In this document: positions 1 to 13,700 of the stretch, piece after piece
Position numbering within the stretch: the first letter of the stretch is position 1
Layout: each line of letters begins with the position of its first letter
NCBI GenBank assembly: GCA_964035545.1
Contig: OZ037765.1
Span: 21,387,304 to 21,451,303, forward strand
Length of the DNA stretch: 64,000 bases
Direction of reading: 5' to 3'
Source of the DNA: Bugula neritina
Lineage: Eukaryota; Animalia; Bryozoa
Translations under genes and position numbers: made by a program
Notes under the pieces: generated by a model
Seen by the model: the letters and a program-made list of their open reading frames with translations, nothing else
Told to the model about the DNA's origin: nothing
Database searches by the model: none

Positions 1-798
1 GTAGCCATTACTTGTAGTCAGTTTCCAAATCAGTATTAATTTTATGGAGAGTGCCTTTTATCTTAATTTATTTGAACACATAAGATAACTGAAGCTCAGA
101 AAGTCTCAATTTTAGGTTATACTATAGTTTTGTGTAATATAATAATAACAATATATATAAAATAAAGCATTTAAGACACTTGCAGCAGTGAAGTTCAGTT
201 TTTACTGAGTTATTTTGGGGAGGGAAGAATTACTCAGGATTAGCCTTCCTTGGAAATTGTTTCAAAAAGTATATACATTTTTCTCAAAACAAGAGTTTTT
301 TTTCAAAATTAAAATGCTTAACTAATATGTAAATGTAGGTTTGTAAAATTCTAAACACATGATTTTTTCAGAAATTTCAGTTAAAGCCTTTCATATTAAA
401 AGCTAAAAGCTGTTATTGCAGCATTTATGTAAAGTTAAAAGCATTGCTGTTGTTATAAACTCTGCCAGTACTAACAGCTCTTGCATACCTGCACCTTTAC
501 TTTATGGTACAAACATTACCTGTTTCCTGGTATGGGTACAATTAACTTGGAAATCATGAATTTACAGTTTAGTTTGTTTAATGTAGCAGTTTATTAAATA
601 CATGTCGGGGAATCTTGGAATGGGCTGTAAATTGGAAAAGTTTCACATAGGCTGTGTTCTGTGAAACTTCTCTCATAGAAAAGAGTTATTCTCTCATGAA
701 AATAACCAAGATCTGTCTGCCAGCTGCTGCCTGTCACTGCTCAGCCCTTGCAGCTGGAAACCACTTCACTCTTTGACTGCATATTATATATCTTGTAG

Positions 799-3700
799 GA
801 AGAGAGGGTTTTGCATCTGACCATGCTGTAAACAAGACAATAGAAAACAAGTCCTCAACAGGTGCAGCTTTCAACAGTTCATCGGTTAAGGATTGGGATG
901 CCAGTCGGGCAGCAGTTATAGCTAGAGATGAGTGCAAGGATGGCTATTCTAGTGACAGCACCATAACCAAACAGTCTGCTAATACCTCCAGTGTAGGAGT
1001 AAGTTGACTCATCTATTATTAACTGGCTGTCAGCACTTTTAGCTGCATACCACAGTAGGTCTACTAGGGGAGGAGGGGCTTCTGCACCCAGCCTTCATAT
1101 GATCTGTGCATTAGCGATGATTAGAACTCAGTGGAATCTTTATTTTCAACTCTGGTGTGCTGCTATTCAAATGATGCTTCAATCACTGCAATCAGAAACC
1201 AAGAAAATAACATCAGCCATTATATCAGACTTTCTATTAGTAACTAAATATACTCTTAATAAGTATTTCATGTCAGAACTTACTTTTATTCAACAGTGAG
1301 TTGAATGCTCTATAATAGTTCAACAGTGGCAGTAGTGTGAAACACAATTTTCATGAGAAAGCCATTCATCTTGGTTCCTTACTTTGAGTTCTGTTTCTCA
1401 ATCTCATTATGATTAACTCACAGGCTACGATGATGGAAACTCAGCTAAAGTTGTCTCCGGAATCTTCCGGAAAATCAGCCCGGCAGTCACTGAATTTTAA
1501 ACCAATGAGCGTCTCATTACCTGCTTCTGCTGACAGCACTACTCAGGCTGAGCCTTCACCAGCTTCAGTCACAAAGGAAGGCATATCTTCAACCCCAGGT
1601 CTGCTATACGTTGCTGTGTGTCATTTCCTATTATTTTTAGAAATCTACTCGCGCTACATAAATATTTTAACTTACGCTTCCTGATACAGCTAGGGTCACT
1701 AAGTCTATGCTACAGCCTCTCAGGAATTGTGCTGAATAATTACTTTTTATGTTTGCAAAATTTGTTTTCTTGTGACTCACAAAAGCAGATCGTTATGTTG
1801 ACAGAGTAGCTACAGCCTGGTTAGTATCATAGTCATAGTAGTTGAGTCTCAGTTGAGGTGACGGAAACATATAATTAATTGTTTTATTACTTTAGTAAAT
1901 AACTTCAGGAATAACTAGTGAATGCATATATTACTACTAAGTTTGCTATGTTGCTATCAAACATGTGGGCTGTGATGAATTTAGTTGCCTATAGAATAAA
2001 GAATGTTATTGTGATTGTATCAGAAAGCATAGATATTTTTATAGATGCCATTACATGCACTTTGACCAAGTTGCACAATCTTATTTAAAATATGTACGTG
2101 TTGCTAATTAGTTTTGATATTAGCACTTGTATCCCAGTAAGTATGTTAATCAGCGCCCACTGAATACTGAGACTGCTGCTGTGAGTAATGAGTAGTTAGT
2201 TGTTTTACTCACTGCCCTGTATCTGCCAGTTGATATCCAGTAACTTGTGAACTTGTTGATGTGTAACATAGTTTGCACTATACTGATAGGCCTACTGGTG
2301 ATGTAATCAGTGGAACGGAATAGCTAACCTTTAAACTGTTTTGTTGAATCATATATTTATAGAATGCCATTTGTTTATATTATATTTAAAGAGTTTTAGG
2401 TTTTAGTATTGTGGAGTTTAGAAATATTATGTTAGTCAAGCTCCCCTAATGTGTTGATGTAGCAATAATAAATGTTATTCAACAGACTTCCTTAGTTCTA
2501 TGAAGGTGGTTCCTAGAGTTTGACTGTCTTCATTTTGTAGACGAACAAAATAATGTGTCCACTGAAAAATCCAGTTCTAGTCCTTCAGCCAACACCACAT
2601 TTGCTAGCAAACCACCCACAACTAGCACCACATTTGCTAGCAAACCACCCACAACTAACACTACATATGCTAGCAAACCAGCCACAGATGCCCTGAAAGC
2701 CACAGGTTAGCAAGTTGTTACTGTTTTGACAGTCAAAAGAAATTTTACCGACCATAGCACCATGTTGCATCATCTGTAAATTGAATATTGACATATAATG
2801 TATGAGTTGGTTGAAAATCCAAGTGAGGCTAATCTTAGAAGATTATACTCACTTCTGCATATTGCGCAATGCTAGTGAACAGGCAGAGTAGATCAGTGGA
2901 CTTGTATTTATGGCAGGTGATTCATCGGAGTTCATGTCTCTAGTGCCAACCTCGGTCGATGATGTCACAACGCCTGAACCATCCACCGAAGAGGCGACCC
3001 AAAATATACCAAGTGTTGTGGAATTTGCAGCTAAAAAGGAGGTTGATGACTCATCTCAGTTACTCAAATCACTTACATCAGCAGTTGATAAGAAATCACC
3101 AGTGGAGCAAGTAAAACGTATGCATATAGATCTACCTTGTTAAAATTCAGTCTTCAAACATTTAAGGGCGTGAAATTTCCTCATGAAATGCTATCATACA
3201 ACTGTATTATCTAGACTCTAGATTCTAGATAATAACTAATAATATCATCTAGAGTTGCTAATTCTTATCATGTGGCACTTGTAGAAGTTGAGAAGAAGTC
3301 TGCTTCAAGACCTGTTTCACCGGCGCCAGATAAGACCGCGAGAGGCCGAACAGGAAGTGTACATAGAAAGAGAAGACAACCAGCAGCTACGTCATCAACA
3401 AATCAAACTGCTGAGCAACCGGTAAGCAGTTTTCCGCACGTCTTCCTTTTGTTGATATTAAACATGCACGTTTTGTTGCTTATTTTGGTCATACATTTAT
3501 GAATTTTTAATTTTGAGTTATTTGATCTACAAATTTGGCATCAATTCTTTTAAACATTATCCATTACCCATTCTTTTACCCACTGAAGAAAGTACAATGG
3601 AATAATAGACCGAAATTGTAATGCCAACTAGCGGCCCTTAACTAGGTTATACAGTGCCAGGTTGCTGAACCTGCCATCAATACATAGTCGTGTAATGTTC

Positions 3701-6700
3701 GTTTGAAATGCAATATGGTGGAAGAGCTGCTTGCATTGATTATTCAGGCTCAGGCAGACGGTGACAACTCATCAGATTCTATTAGTTCCAACGCGAGTAC
3801 GACTAGAGCCAGCAGGTCTAGGAACAAACAGAACAATCCTACAAACACACAAACTGATGATGAGCCTCCTCCTGTTAGAGAAACGAGGAGAAAAGCTATG
3901 CTGAAAGAAAGAGTAAGCATCTTTCCTTCTAGTTCAAAGACAAGGTTATGTATTTAACTGATGGCATATAAAGTACAGAGCTTAATTAGCATGCTTAACT
4001 CTTACTCGTGTAATAAAGGAAATAACGTGAATGTACTTTTTATGGTCAAGTCATTTCCATCATATGCCAATATTTTTGCATTACAATTGTGTTGTTTGCC
4101 TTCAAGCTGTTGCATATGCAAATGCGTAAGCAATGTTTTACATTATGTGTGTTCGCTAACAATACGTTATCTCGTTATAATTTGGAAAGACTAACTTGGT
4201 AGACTTTTATTAGGCAGCCGCAAACTCTCCTTCAGCTGACAAACTAGTCAAATCTGGATCTCAGAAAGTCCCGCCCCTCACCATTAAACTCCCGGGAAAC
4301 AAATCTCCTTCTGCACCAACTTCTAAAGACTCGAGTAATAGTTCCGCAGCAGCTGGCGGTGAACTGCTCTCCAACTTGCAGGATAAGGAAGCTGAGCGAA
4401 ATAATAATCCTCCAACTAAAGGTATTTTCTATATGCTGTATAGCCTATTAGGTAAAATGTCATCAACATTAACATAATGTTTGTTCTAATTGACAGCTCA
4501 AAAAGTAATTCTATTCGATTGCCTTCAGGTTTAGCTGTGATTGACAATAAATAATAAGTATTATATAGCTGAAAAATAATTTATTATCTCCCATTATCTA
4601 TTGTATGCGTGTCGAGATTTTGTGACTAATAGGTTGCTATCAAGAAACTTTGTTAAATTAACTCAGATAAACTTGCAGCACTGAATCAATTTTCCCAATT
4701 TTATGTTGTATTATTTAATTATTTTATGGTTTTTTCTGATGAAAATATCGACTGCTTTAACTACCTTACAACTGAACTATGTGTTATTACTAACAGAGCG
4801 ATCTAAAGACTCGGGCAGTCCTGATGCGGAAGAGAGCTTAGATAAGGGTGACACTACCATTGCACAAGCTAGTCTCGCTCAGACTGTTACCAGCACTGCA
4901 AGTGGCAATGTAGTCACTACCTCCGTCTCCACCGGCGTTACTACAAGACGCACTCTTAGATCTCATACTAACAGAAACCAGAATAATGGTGAGTCTGTTT
5001 GGCATATATCTATTTCTATTACGTAATTTCTGTTTAATTTGGTCCAGGTGTGCTGAGATGGTGATGATGCCCATTTGCATAATGTCATTTGTGCATTATC
5101 TTGAAACAAGCCAGCATACATCTATTTCAGTTGGAGATAAACTAGAAGATCATGCACCACCTAGAAAAAGTAAGAGAATGATGAAAGCTGAGCCGCCTGC
5201 ACCGGCCCCTCAAGCACCCAGTTTTCCTCCACCTCCTGGTCCACTCACCATATTCAACCCATATAATCTTTTTAAAGATGTCCGAGAACAGGTATGTTTT
5301 TGACATTAATATTGAAATAGGTAAAATGTTCACAAATAATAAATGTGTATATACGTAACTTTTTGGCTTATTTTTTTGCATGGAAGTTATATATGAATAT
5401 AATACGAATATCTAAGAAGCTAGAGAAAGTTAGTAATTGTATCGCGTACTTTTTCTAAGTTCCAAATTGAAAATTTGCTGAAAACTATTACTTTTTAAAG
5501 CCCATTACTCCTTAGACCTTATGTTCAGTTGTTCCTATTGTTGCTCCTATTTATATAGCAGTATTCAATTGTTTATGGTTTAGCTATGTAAGAAGTGGGA
5601 AAGAATAGCAACAGTTGCACCAAGAGCACCAGCAGGTTATCCCAGTTATATGATAAACACTAAAAAGTATTTATTGATGAAAAATGCTGGCACAAATGCT
5701 AGTAAGTTGGCCATTCCACTTACAACAGCGCCATCTCAACTATCTCAACCTATGAAGAATTTGTTTAATAAGCAAGAGTTGGAACGTTATAAGCTTCGGC
5801 AGCAACATTTGATTGAAGGGGTCAGTAATAAGATTGTTATGTATGTTTCAGTTGTTGTGATGTATCTATGTTTGTTGACAATTTGATAAAAAAAATCTAG
5901 CCAGGGGGTGTTTAATTCAATATTTTTATCTGATTTTGTGGTATTAGTAATGAATAAATTACTAAACATAACTTCATGATAGGCACATGTATGCAATCAT
6001 TTGTAGCAAAATATATAATTCTAAAACCAATTTAGTAACGCTGTTATTATAAGCATCAGCATGCTTATTATTATGTATTTATATTGAATATACTAAATAT
6101 CATTACTTAATGTGATATAATATTGTAACTAGTACATTATTTAAAAAACTTTGAAAGTAAAATTATAAACTATGGAAGCGTTCAGAATATTTATTGGCAA
6201 CCCAACCAAAAAATATTTTAGATGTATAGTAATATTGTAGAATGTAGGTATTATTGTATCTACTATATGTTTAAAGGGTTGGTTCATTTGCTTGTTTTTG
6301 ATTAAGCATAAAATAAAATAATAATAATTTAAGCATAGGTTGCTGAATCTAATTTTAGTTTACAAAAAATATTCTGCAGGCTGAACATAGTTTTTATACC
6401 AGGTTCACCTATAGGCAAATTTAAGACATCGAAATTTGGCTTTTAGTTGATCATTTTTCTATTACTATTATTTCAAATAGTTTCATGAGTTTTATTGTTT
6501 CATTGAAGGAAAAGTTACGAATTGCATACGAACAAGAAATAGTTCGAGTTCACAATAGAGGTGCACGAGCTGCAGTAAACCAAGAAACCCCATTAAGCTT
6601 GTGTACAGTGCTCAAAGACAAAGAATCTGCTACAGTGTATCACCCTTTTAATGCATTAAAGGTAAGCAATATAGTAATAGATGACAACTATTGTGCTAGG

Positions 6701-7404
6701 ATGCTTTTTGAAGCAAGGAATTCTCTATTACAAGTTACTCTTTTTATGGAATAGCTGTTGGCTTGATTGACAAATTACATGTGTTTTACTTCACTTATTT
6801 TTTTTCTTATTTTAAAATATGATTAATGATTTTGTGTTTACAAAGCTAACTAGTACAATTTCTATTTAGGAAGGAAGTTCGGGACAAGGACCTGGAGAAG
6901 ATAAGTCACAAATAGAAAAAGCTAGTGCACGCTCACATTTTAACAATCGGCAACTAATTTCATGGCTTCAAGATACAGAAGATAAATTTGACAAGCTCAA
7001 GGTAAAATTATCTCCTTGATATGTTGGGTGCATTTTAGTATATATCTTCTCTAAAAGTCTGTTCTATCGTAAAAATGTTAAACACTTTCTACTAATAGAT
7101 GGCTTAAATATAACTTTGTTTATTTCATATTAATGCTGATGAAGGCATGTTTATCATACGTCTTGAACGTGTTGATATATCAAATTTGTATTATACAATA
7201 CATACAATATACAATTGGTAGGATCAAATGTTGAGTCGGCATCATCACGAAGCTGAATCCCTGTATGCTGTACAAACCATGGATTGGGAATGGGAACTAA
7301 AGGAGCTAGGCTTATGTGACTATAAGGCTAAACCTGCAATTGATGTGCTGCATGTTCCCATGGTTGTAGTTAATGATGATGCAGACATTTTAAATACCAA
7401 TTAA
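799..7404 (+). CDS. ANKRD11/ANKRD12-like transcriptional co-regulator, 3' portion (5' end upstream of window); about 13 exons: 799-998, 1424-1598, 2541-2705, 2918-3117, 3284-3421, 3749-3912, 4214-4421, 4797-4988, 5131-5291, 5584-5820, 6509-6661, 6870-7001, 7222-7404
   Basis: Spliced C-terminus EKLRIAYEQEIVRVHNRGARAAVNQETPLSLCTVL...ARSHFNNRQLISWLQDTEDKFDKLK...RHHHEAESLYAVQTMDWEWELKEL...VPMVVVNDD matches the conserved ANKRD11/12 C-terminal domain. GT-AG junctions; TAA at 7402-7404. Upstream S/T/P-rich exons are less certain. Confidence 0.88.
2591..2689 (+). repeat. Coding 33-bp tandem repeat x3 (NTTFASKPPTT / STTFASKPPTT / NTTYASKPATD)
   Basis: Unit close to accacatttgctagcaaaccacccacaacta, repeated in frame within exon 2541-2705. 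Confidence 0.9.
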
Positions 7405-7759
7405 GCTTACCTCCTTAGTAATTCATTATAAGAATTACATTTTAAACCTTTGTATATAAATGATTTAATTGTATCATAAAATTATAATTATTTGCTGCTA
7501 TATAGTGTATTAACATTAAAACTGTATTTATAAGTGAAGTTGTAAAATAAAAAAATAATATTAATTTGCAGTTGGTACTGATTGCCCACTGTGTGTGTCT
7601 AACTAATGAAAACAACAAAGTATGTAAAAAATATTTTAATAACTTAAACTTAGGTTGTGATGGCACTTCCTTAACATTACACTCATTAACTAAAACAAGA
7701 ATTATATAGAAAACTTTAGTAGATCCATTATCATAGCAAAAACAACAGTCATGTTGACT

Positions 7760-10700
7760 CTATTTCTTTTTTTTCTTCAGTTGAATTAGGAGCTCAAGGC
7801 CATCAAAAGCACTTTCTTCAGGTTCCTGGGTTTCTTCAGCAGAGTTCTTCTGTTGTGGTGTTTCTTTTAAAGGTTTTATTATAGGTTTTACTGTAGCTGT
7901 TCGGCTTCCTATGTTGGAAAATATGAAAAAAGTGTACGCTTATCATGCAGTACATATTCATATTTATCTGATGTTACCAAGTTGTTGCCAAAGATAGAAA
8001 ATTTTAGCTTTTTCTTACTTTTAGAGTTTGTTTGCAATGTTTGATTGAAAGGTGATTCTTTTCTGTGTGACCATGATCGGTTTAAGACATCTAGCTGCAG
8101 GTTTGCTTGTCTAGTTTGCTTGTTAGAAGATTTCTCCAAAGATATATTAGACTCTCTCAATGAAAATGTTTCTTCAACAAGAGTTGTCCCCTTTTTGATT
8201 GTTGGTAAAATGCTCAAGTTAGTAGGGACAAGCTTTGAATAACTGTTTCCTATTTTGTTGATATAGATATTTTCTAAAACAATATTATTATCAAACAAAT
8301 TCTAATAAACAAAATTACTTTCTTATCTTTTGATGAGTTGGTTTTTTACCAAAACTAGTTATATAGGGCCAGTCAACTTGTTTTAGATATGTTATTAGTT
8401 TTACCAATATTAGTTTTAGCAGCCTCCTGGAGTAGAGGCTTCTTGAATGACTGGAAGGTGCTACTTTTTGTTAGATGCATTTCATCAATATTTTTCCTCA
8501 AAGGCTGGCTCATAAAATTCTCTACAGGTTTTTTGATTTGAATAGTTGATGTGCTGAATTGACTTGCCTTTTCACTTGTTCTATACATTAGCAATAAAAC
8601 AAATCTCATATAGACTTTTAGCTTTGACAAAGCGTAAAATATAGTAAAATTATCATTTTCTAAAGACTTCAGTAAATACTATAGAAAACTCATGAAACAA
8701 TACATTTAATATGAAATTCTATATCGCACGAGTACGATACTACATATAAATATAATAATATAATATAGTACAGTATAACAAGAATATTAGACTCACTTGC
8801 TATTAGTCTCTTGCTGGTTATGCTCTTTCAATGGATGAGTGGAAGTTTGCCTGACAAATGGCCTACTGTTGTCACAAATAAGTGATGAAATTTTACTCAT
8901 GTTCTGAGATGAAGGAAAGGTCTAGAAATCAAAATATTTATAACATGGTACAACTTTGTAATGGCTCACTGGTACTGGTAGACATTTAATTGCCATAAAT
9001 TACTGCTATATTATATTGTTATATATGGTCTAGTTTCAAAAATTTGTAACATTAATTATAATTTATCTAAATTTGTAAAAAAAACTTACAGCATTCTTCA
9101 AAGTGCTATCAGATTGATTAGGAAAACTTTGAGTATGTAGCTGGTTATTTTGCATAGTTACATAGGCTCTCTGTTCACCATCTTTAACTAGAGGCTTTTT
9201 ACTAGCTGCCAACTTTTGACTTGAATTTCGGTTGTTTTGATTTGACCAACTATCTTGCTCTTGAAAAACTTCAAAATCTAAAATTGGCACGTGTTCCCTG
9301 TGCACAGTTTCGATAGAGTACTGTTGGCTACTGGGTTGCATATCATGTGAAACATTTGCTACATAAAAAAAATTTTCAGCAGAAACCGTTTGTTCTGAAA
9401 TGTAATTAGAATTGTTTCCAGCTTGTTCACCAACCACTGAACTGGTGGGTATTGCTTGAGAACAGGGCAGAGGTGAATAAGATATGCCATCATCATCTAC
9501 ACTGTCATTTTTATTTGCCCATTCATTCTTAGCAGATGTGATGTTGGCATTTTCTTGATTTGTATTGCTGCTCTGGTGACTATCGCATATAGTACCAGTG
9601 TCCCATTCATCCCAATCAGGCTCTGGTTGATTAAAGGGCTCTTCAGGTAGCAAGTGGTCATACTCGGATGTAACCTCATGATTATCAACCACCTGCGTAC
9701 TAATAGGCTGGACAGCTTTTGAGATTCCTTGGCAGTGAAAAGGACTAGGTGGTTCTGTAAATCTTGATGTAGCATAAGTATTACCCTTGTCATTTAAAAA
9801 TTGTTGCTGGCTACTGTCAAGTCTTTGCACATTCTGTAGATATGATTTCGGAGGGTTGAGAGTTTTATGGGCAAATGAGAATCTAGAGTTCATGCTGCTT
9901 TTGACTGCGCTTTGAAAATTTCTGTGAATGTAATACAGAGATACCAAAAATATTTCTAACAATTAACCATCTCAAATTGTATGTTCATCAAAAATAACAA
10001 ATTTAAAGGTAGGCTATGATTGAGGTGCATGGAACAATAATTAGATTCTATATAAGAAGTAATCATTTTATACAAGTCATAAGTACCTGGCTAGCTGTTG
10101 ACTAATAATGTGTTTATTATCCAAGTCACTTCCAATGTCAACCTGAAATGAAAGTTTATAGTCAGTAAACTTTCATTGATCAATATATTATACAACTGCA
10201 TACTATTGCGTGAGTATTTGACCATTTTTATGATTTTCAAATTTAAGAGACTTTTTATATCAATTTGTTTTAGGGTTTCAATTTAAAAAATTCAATTAGC
10301 GCTTCTTATCATACACGATACAATATAAATCTTTGTTTCAATGCACTGCACATTTAGAAGTTATCTCATTTTTATTTGATACCTACAATGAGCTACATTA
10401 TAGCCAATAAAAAAGTTTTTTTAGACAAACTAACAAAATTGAGACATTAAACATCAAAGTACTATTTGATTATTTTAGTTCTAGCTAATTTGCTTGAATA
10501 TTAACATTGCATGTTTTAAAAGATACAGTTATAAATTTAGTTTCAACCTGCTGTTTGGATGGCTGGTAGTTGTCCACCCCTTCCTCAAACATGAGGTCAT
10601 CTCCAACAATGTTGAAGTTGCCCTCATCAGTGCTACTTGGTGCCATATTCATGCTTGCAGATGGAAAGCTTGTCTGTCTAGATGTGGTAGAGGTGGAGTA

Positions 10701-13700
10701 TTGTGGTGGAACAACTTTTCTAAACTGTAAATAACATAATGCATAGTAGGACGGGCAGGGCAGATATTTATATTATATAAGAGTTACAGTAAGACTGAGC
10801 CACCTATTTATTGTACACATATCTTATTATTAACCATACATGCAGGATTAGCATGAGCGCCTGTCTCTGAACCTAGCTCTCTTTTACATCAAACTAAATC
10901 TATCGTATATAAAAATATACAACCTTGCTGAGTTTACTGCTTATGGTTGATGCTGTTTTGTCCCCTTTATGAGAATGAGCATTCTCTAGCAACTGAGATT
11001 CCATCACACTCCATTGTTGACTTTGCTGATAGTTTTGAGGCACTGTTGAAGTTTTTTGTTGTGTCCCAGTTGGATAAGGTAACGGCATCAGGTTTTTGTT
11101 ACCTCTGGTTGAAACCACATGTCCCACCAATTTATAAGCATTGTGGGTAGTGTTGGTTCTGTATCCTTTGCTGATAGTTTGTTGCAGAGACTTGTCTTTG
11201 CAGCACAGGTGCCCACAGGTTGCCTTGTTATGACATTTATGGCCACAAGTTGAGCCTGGTGCATCTATTTTTAAGCCATCAAATTATAAAATATACCATA
11301 TACACGTATGTATATAATATATATACATATATACATATACATATATGCATGTGTGTGCGTACTTGTGTGTGCTGGAGTAATTTCATATTTGTAAATTTTG
11401 CATAAAATTTTCTGTGAAAAGATTAAATTTACCAAACTATTATGTATCAGATGTGCCAAATATAAATATCTACTTACCAGAAAAAGAGTCAGCAGAATAA
11501 AATGGAGTTTCTTGGGGTGTCGGCATTGAGGGTATCGATGACCGATAAGCTGCTTGTTCTTGAAGTTCTAGCTGTTGCCTATATTCCTGGTAGGACTTCC
11601 CTGCATACTTGGGGGTGAAGGTGCTACATATATCTAGTCCCACCCATGACAGGCTGAGTAAGCACACAGCCAGTTCATCTCCTTTTCCAGCTCTGTGTAT
11701 TGTAGTAGTCTTAGACCAAACACCAGCCTTAACAAGCGTAGAGTCACTACAAATATGAATGCTTAAAGATTTCAGCTTGACTTACTAAGACAAAACTTCA
11801 CACACTATAACATGTGGTATGGAACAGGTGAATTGAAAAAATACTAAAATTCATCACAAATCTTTGTACAAATTTCAACACAATTCAATATTTCTAATAC
11901 ATTTTTTCATGAACATAAACAACCTAATTACATAATGCATTGTATAATATTATGTATATATTGAATTTAGAGCAGAAGCTCATTTAAGTTATGACAGTTT
12001 AATGCAATATAAATTATATAACGCTGCATTTATTATATTGTAGTTGCAACTTGCAATCATTACCCTTTAATTTCTAATCATAACAATAATTATTAGGAAC
12101 ATATTTAGCAGCACAGTTATTGCTTCCAGTATTATCGGCTCATTCCTAGAGTCAAGTTGCAGTATATTATCAAGCATATATTATATATGCAACCACAGCA
12201 AGTTTGACATCAGTGTCATAAATCTTACATTGTCAGACCCACTTTAAAAAGATAATGAACATTTCATTGAGAATAACAATTGACATCTGTTTACTCAAAG
12301 GTTAAAGGATTGTTTTTTTATAAAATAATCCTATACCATGTGTATGTATTTTATTATATATATACACAATACTAATTATTGGTGGAATTTGCATAACCCT
12401 TTTTGAAGACAAAGTTTTTCTTGCTGTAATTTAAACCTTTATATCTTAGAATATTCTTGAATTCTTACTACAGTCTGACATTGAGAGCAACATGATTGTC
12501 AGCATCATAAATAAGCAAAACAATGCAATGATGTTTGGCCACTGATTTCGTTGCTACTTCTTCAGCATTTGCCAACCTCAAGGCAACAGTTACAACAGCA
12601 TCTCTTGCAGTTAATTGGTCCATCTGCAAAGTAAGGATGCAGTTCACAATATATACAAATTACATCAGCACTTTTAGCTGCACATATTGGTTATATTATA
12701 GCAAAAACTTGACATCTGTCATAAAAAGATGTCTTAAAATAACAGAAAAAAGATGATTATATATGCGTTTCAGGGGCTATAAGGCTTTTATACAAAAATA
12801 CACCAAAATTTCAAATCTAACTATATAAATTGGAAAATAGGTCATATATAATATATGTATGCATTGTGATACAGGAATACACTTTCTGAGCAATGCCTTC
12901 AATACAGTGCAGATGGCCAAGAAGCTACACAAACTATAGGAGGTGTATATAATATGCCTATCTTTATTTTTAAGCTAAAATAAATGCACAAAGTTTAATA
13001 ATGCAGTTATAACTTTTGCATCTAGTCACTTGAAGAACTTGCACTAAAATGCACAGATGATGTTAAACATTATAAAAGTATGTTCTATTAAAAGAAATTG
13101 TTGCAAAACAAGGTCTATATCTTACACAAATGCAATACTAAATGTATTCATATATAAAACATTTATTATAAACCATCACGAAGTCTGTATACAAGTCTGT
13201 ATACAGGCTAATGCATAAATTTCTTTATCTTATTATGTGTTTTCAGCACGATCTTGCTTTGACCTTTTTAATAGTTAAATTTTGTCTCTCAACTACCTTA
13301 TTTTGTAATTAGCAAAATATAATGGAGTGACTGAAAAAAAACTTATATAGAAGCAGCAACTAATTAAATGACAGACATTGGTTAAAGTTGAAGAGTTTGC
13401 TCTAGATTTTTGGAAGCAGCAGTGATCTAGTGGTTAGAAGTGAAAAAACCTTTCCCATCAGGAATAGTAACTATAAACCCCACTAGTTTTATAGATAATC
13501 TTTCTCAAACTTATTATCTACACTCACTTGCTGATCAATACTCATTTCATACTTGGGAAGTTGTTTTATCATGTCAATGACACCATTTCCAAATGGAGGA
13601 TGCCTGCTACAGATCTACAACACACAAGAAGTTAGAGTATACAACCACAGCTTACAAGGAAAACCTAAATATACAAAAATAGACTAGCAAACTAGCATAG

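Noticed and set aside
8373-8405. TGA at 8373 as the HFM1 stop
   Set aside because: A G|GTAAAA donor precedes it and two further exons join in frame to 7760. It remains possible as an intron-retention isoform.
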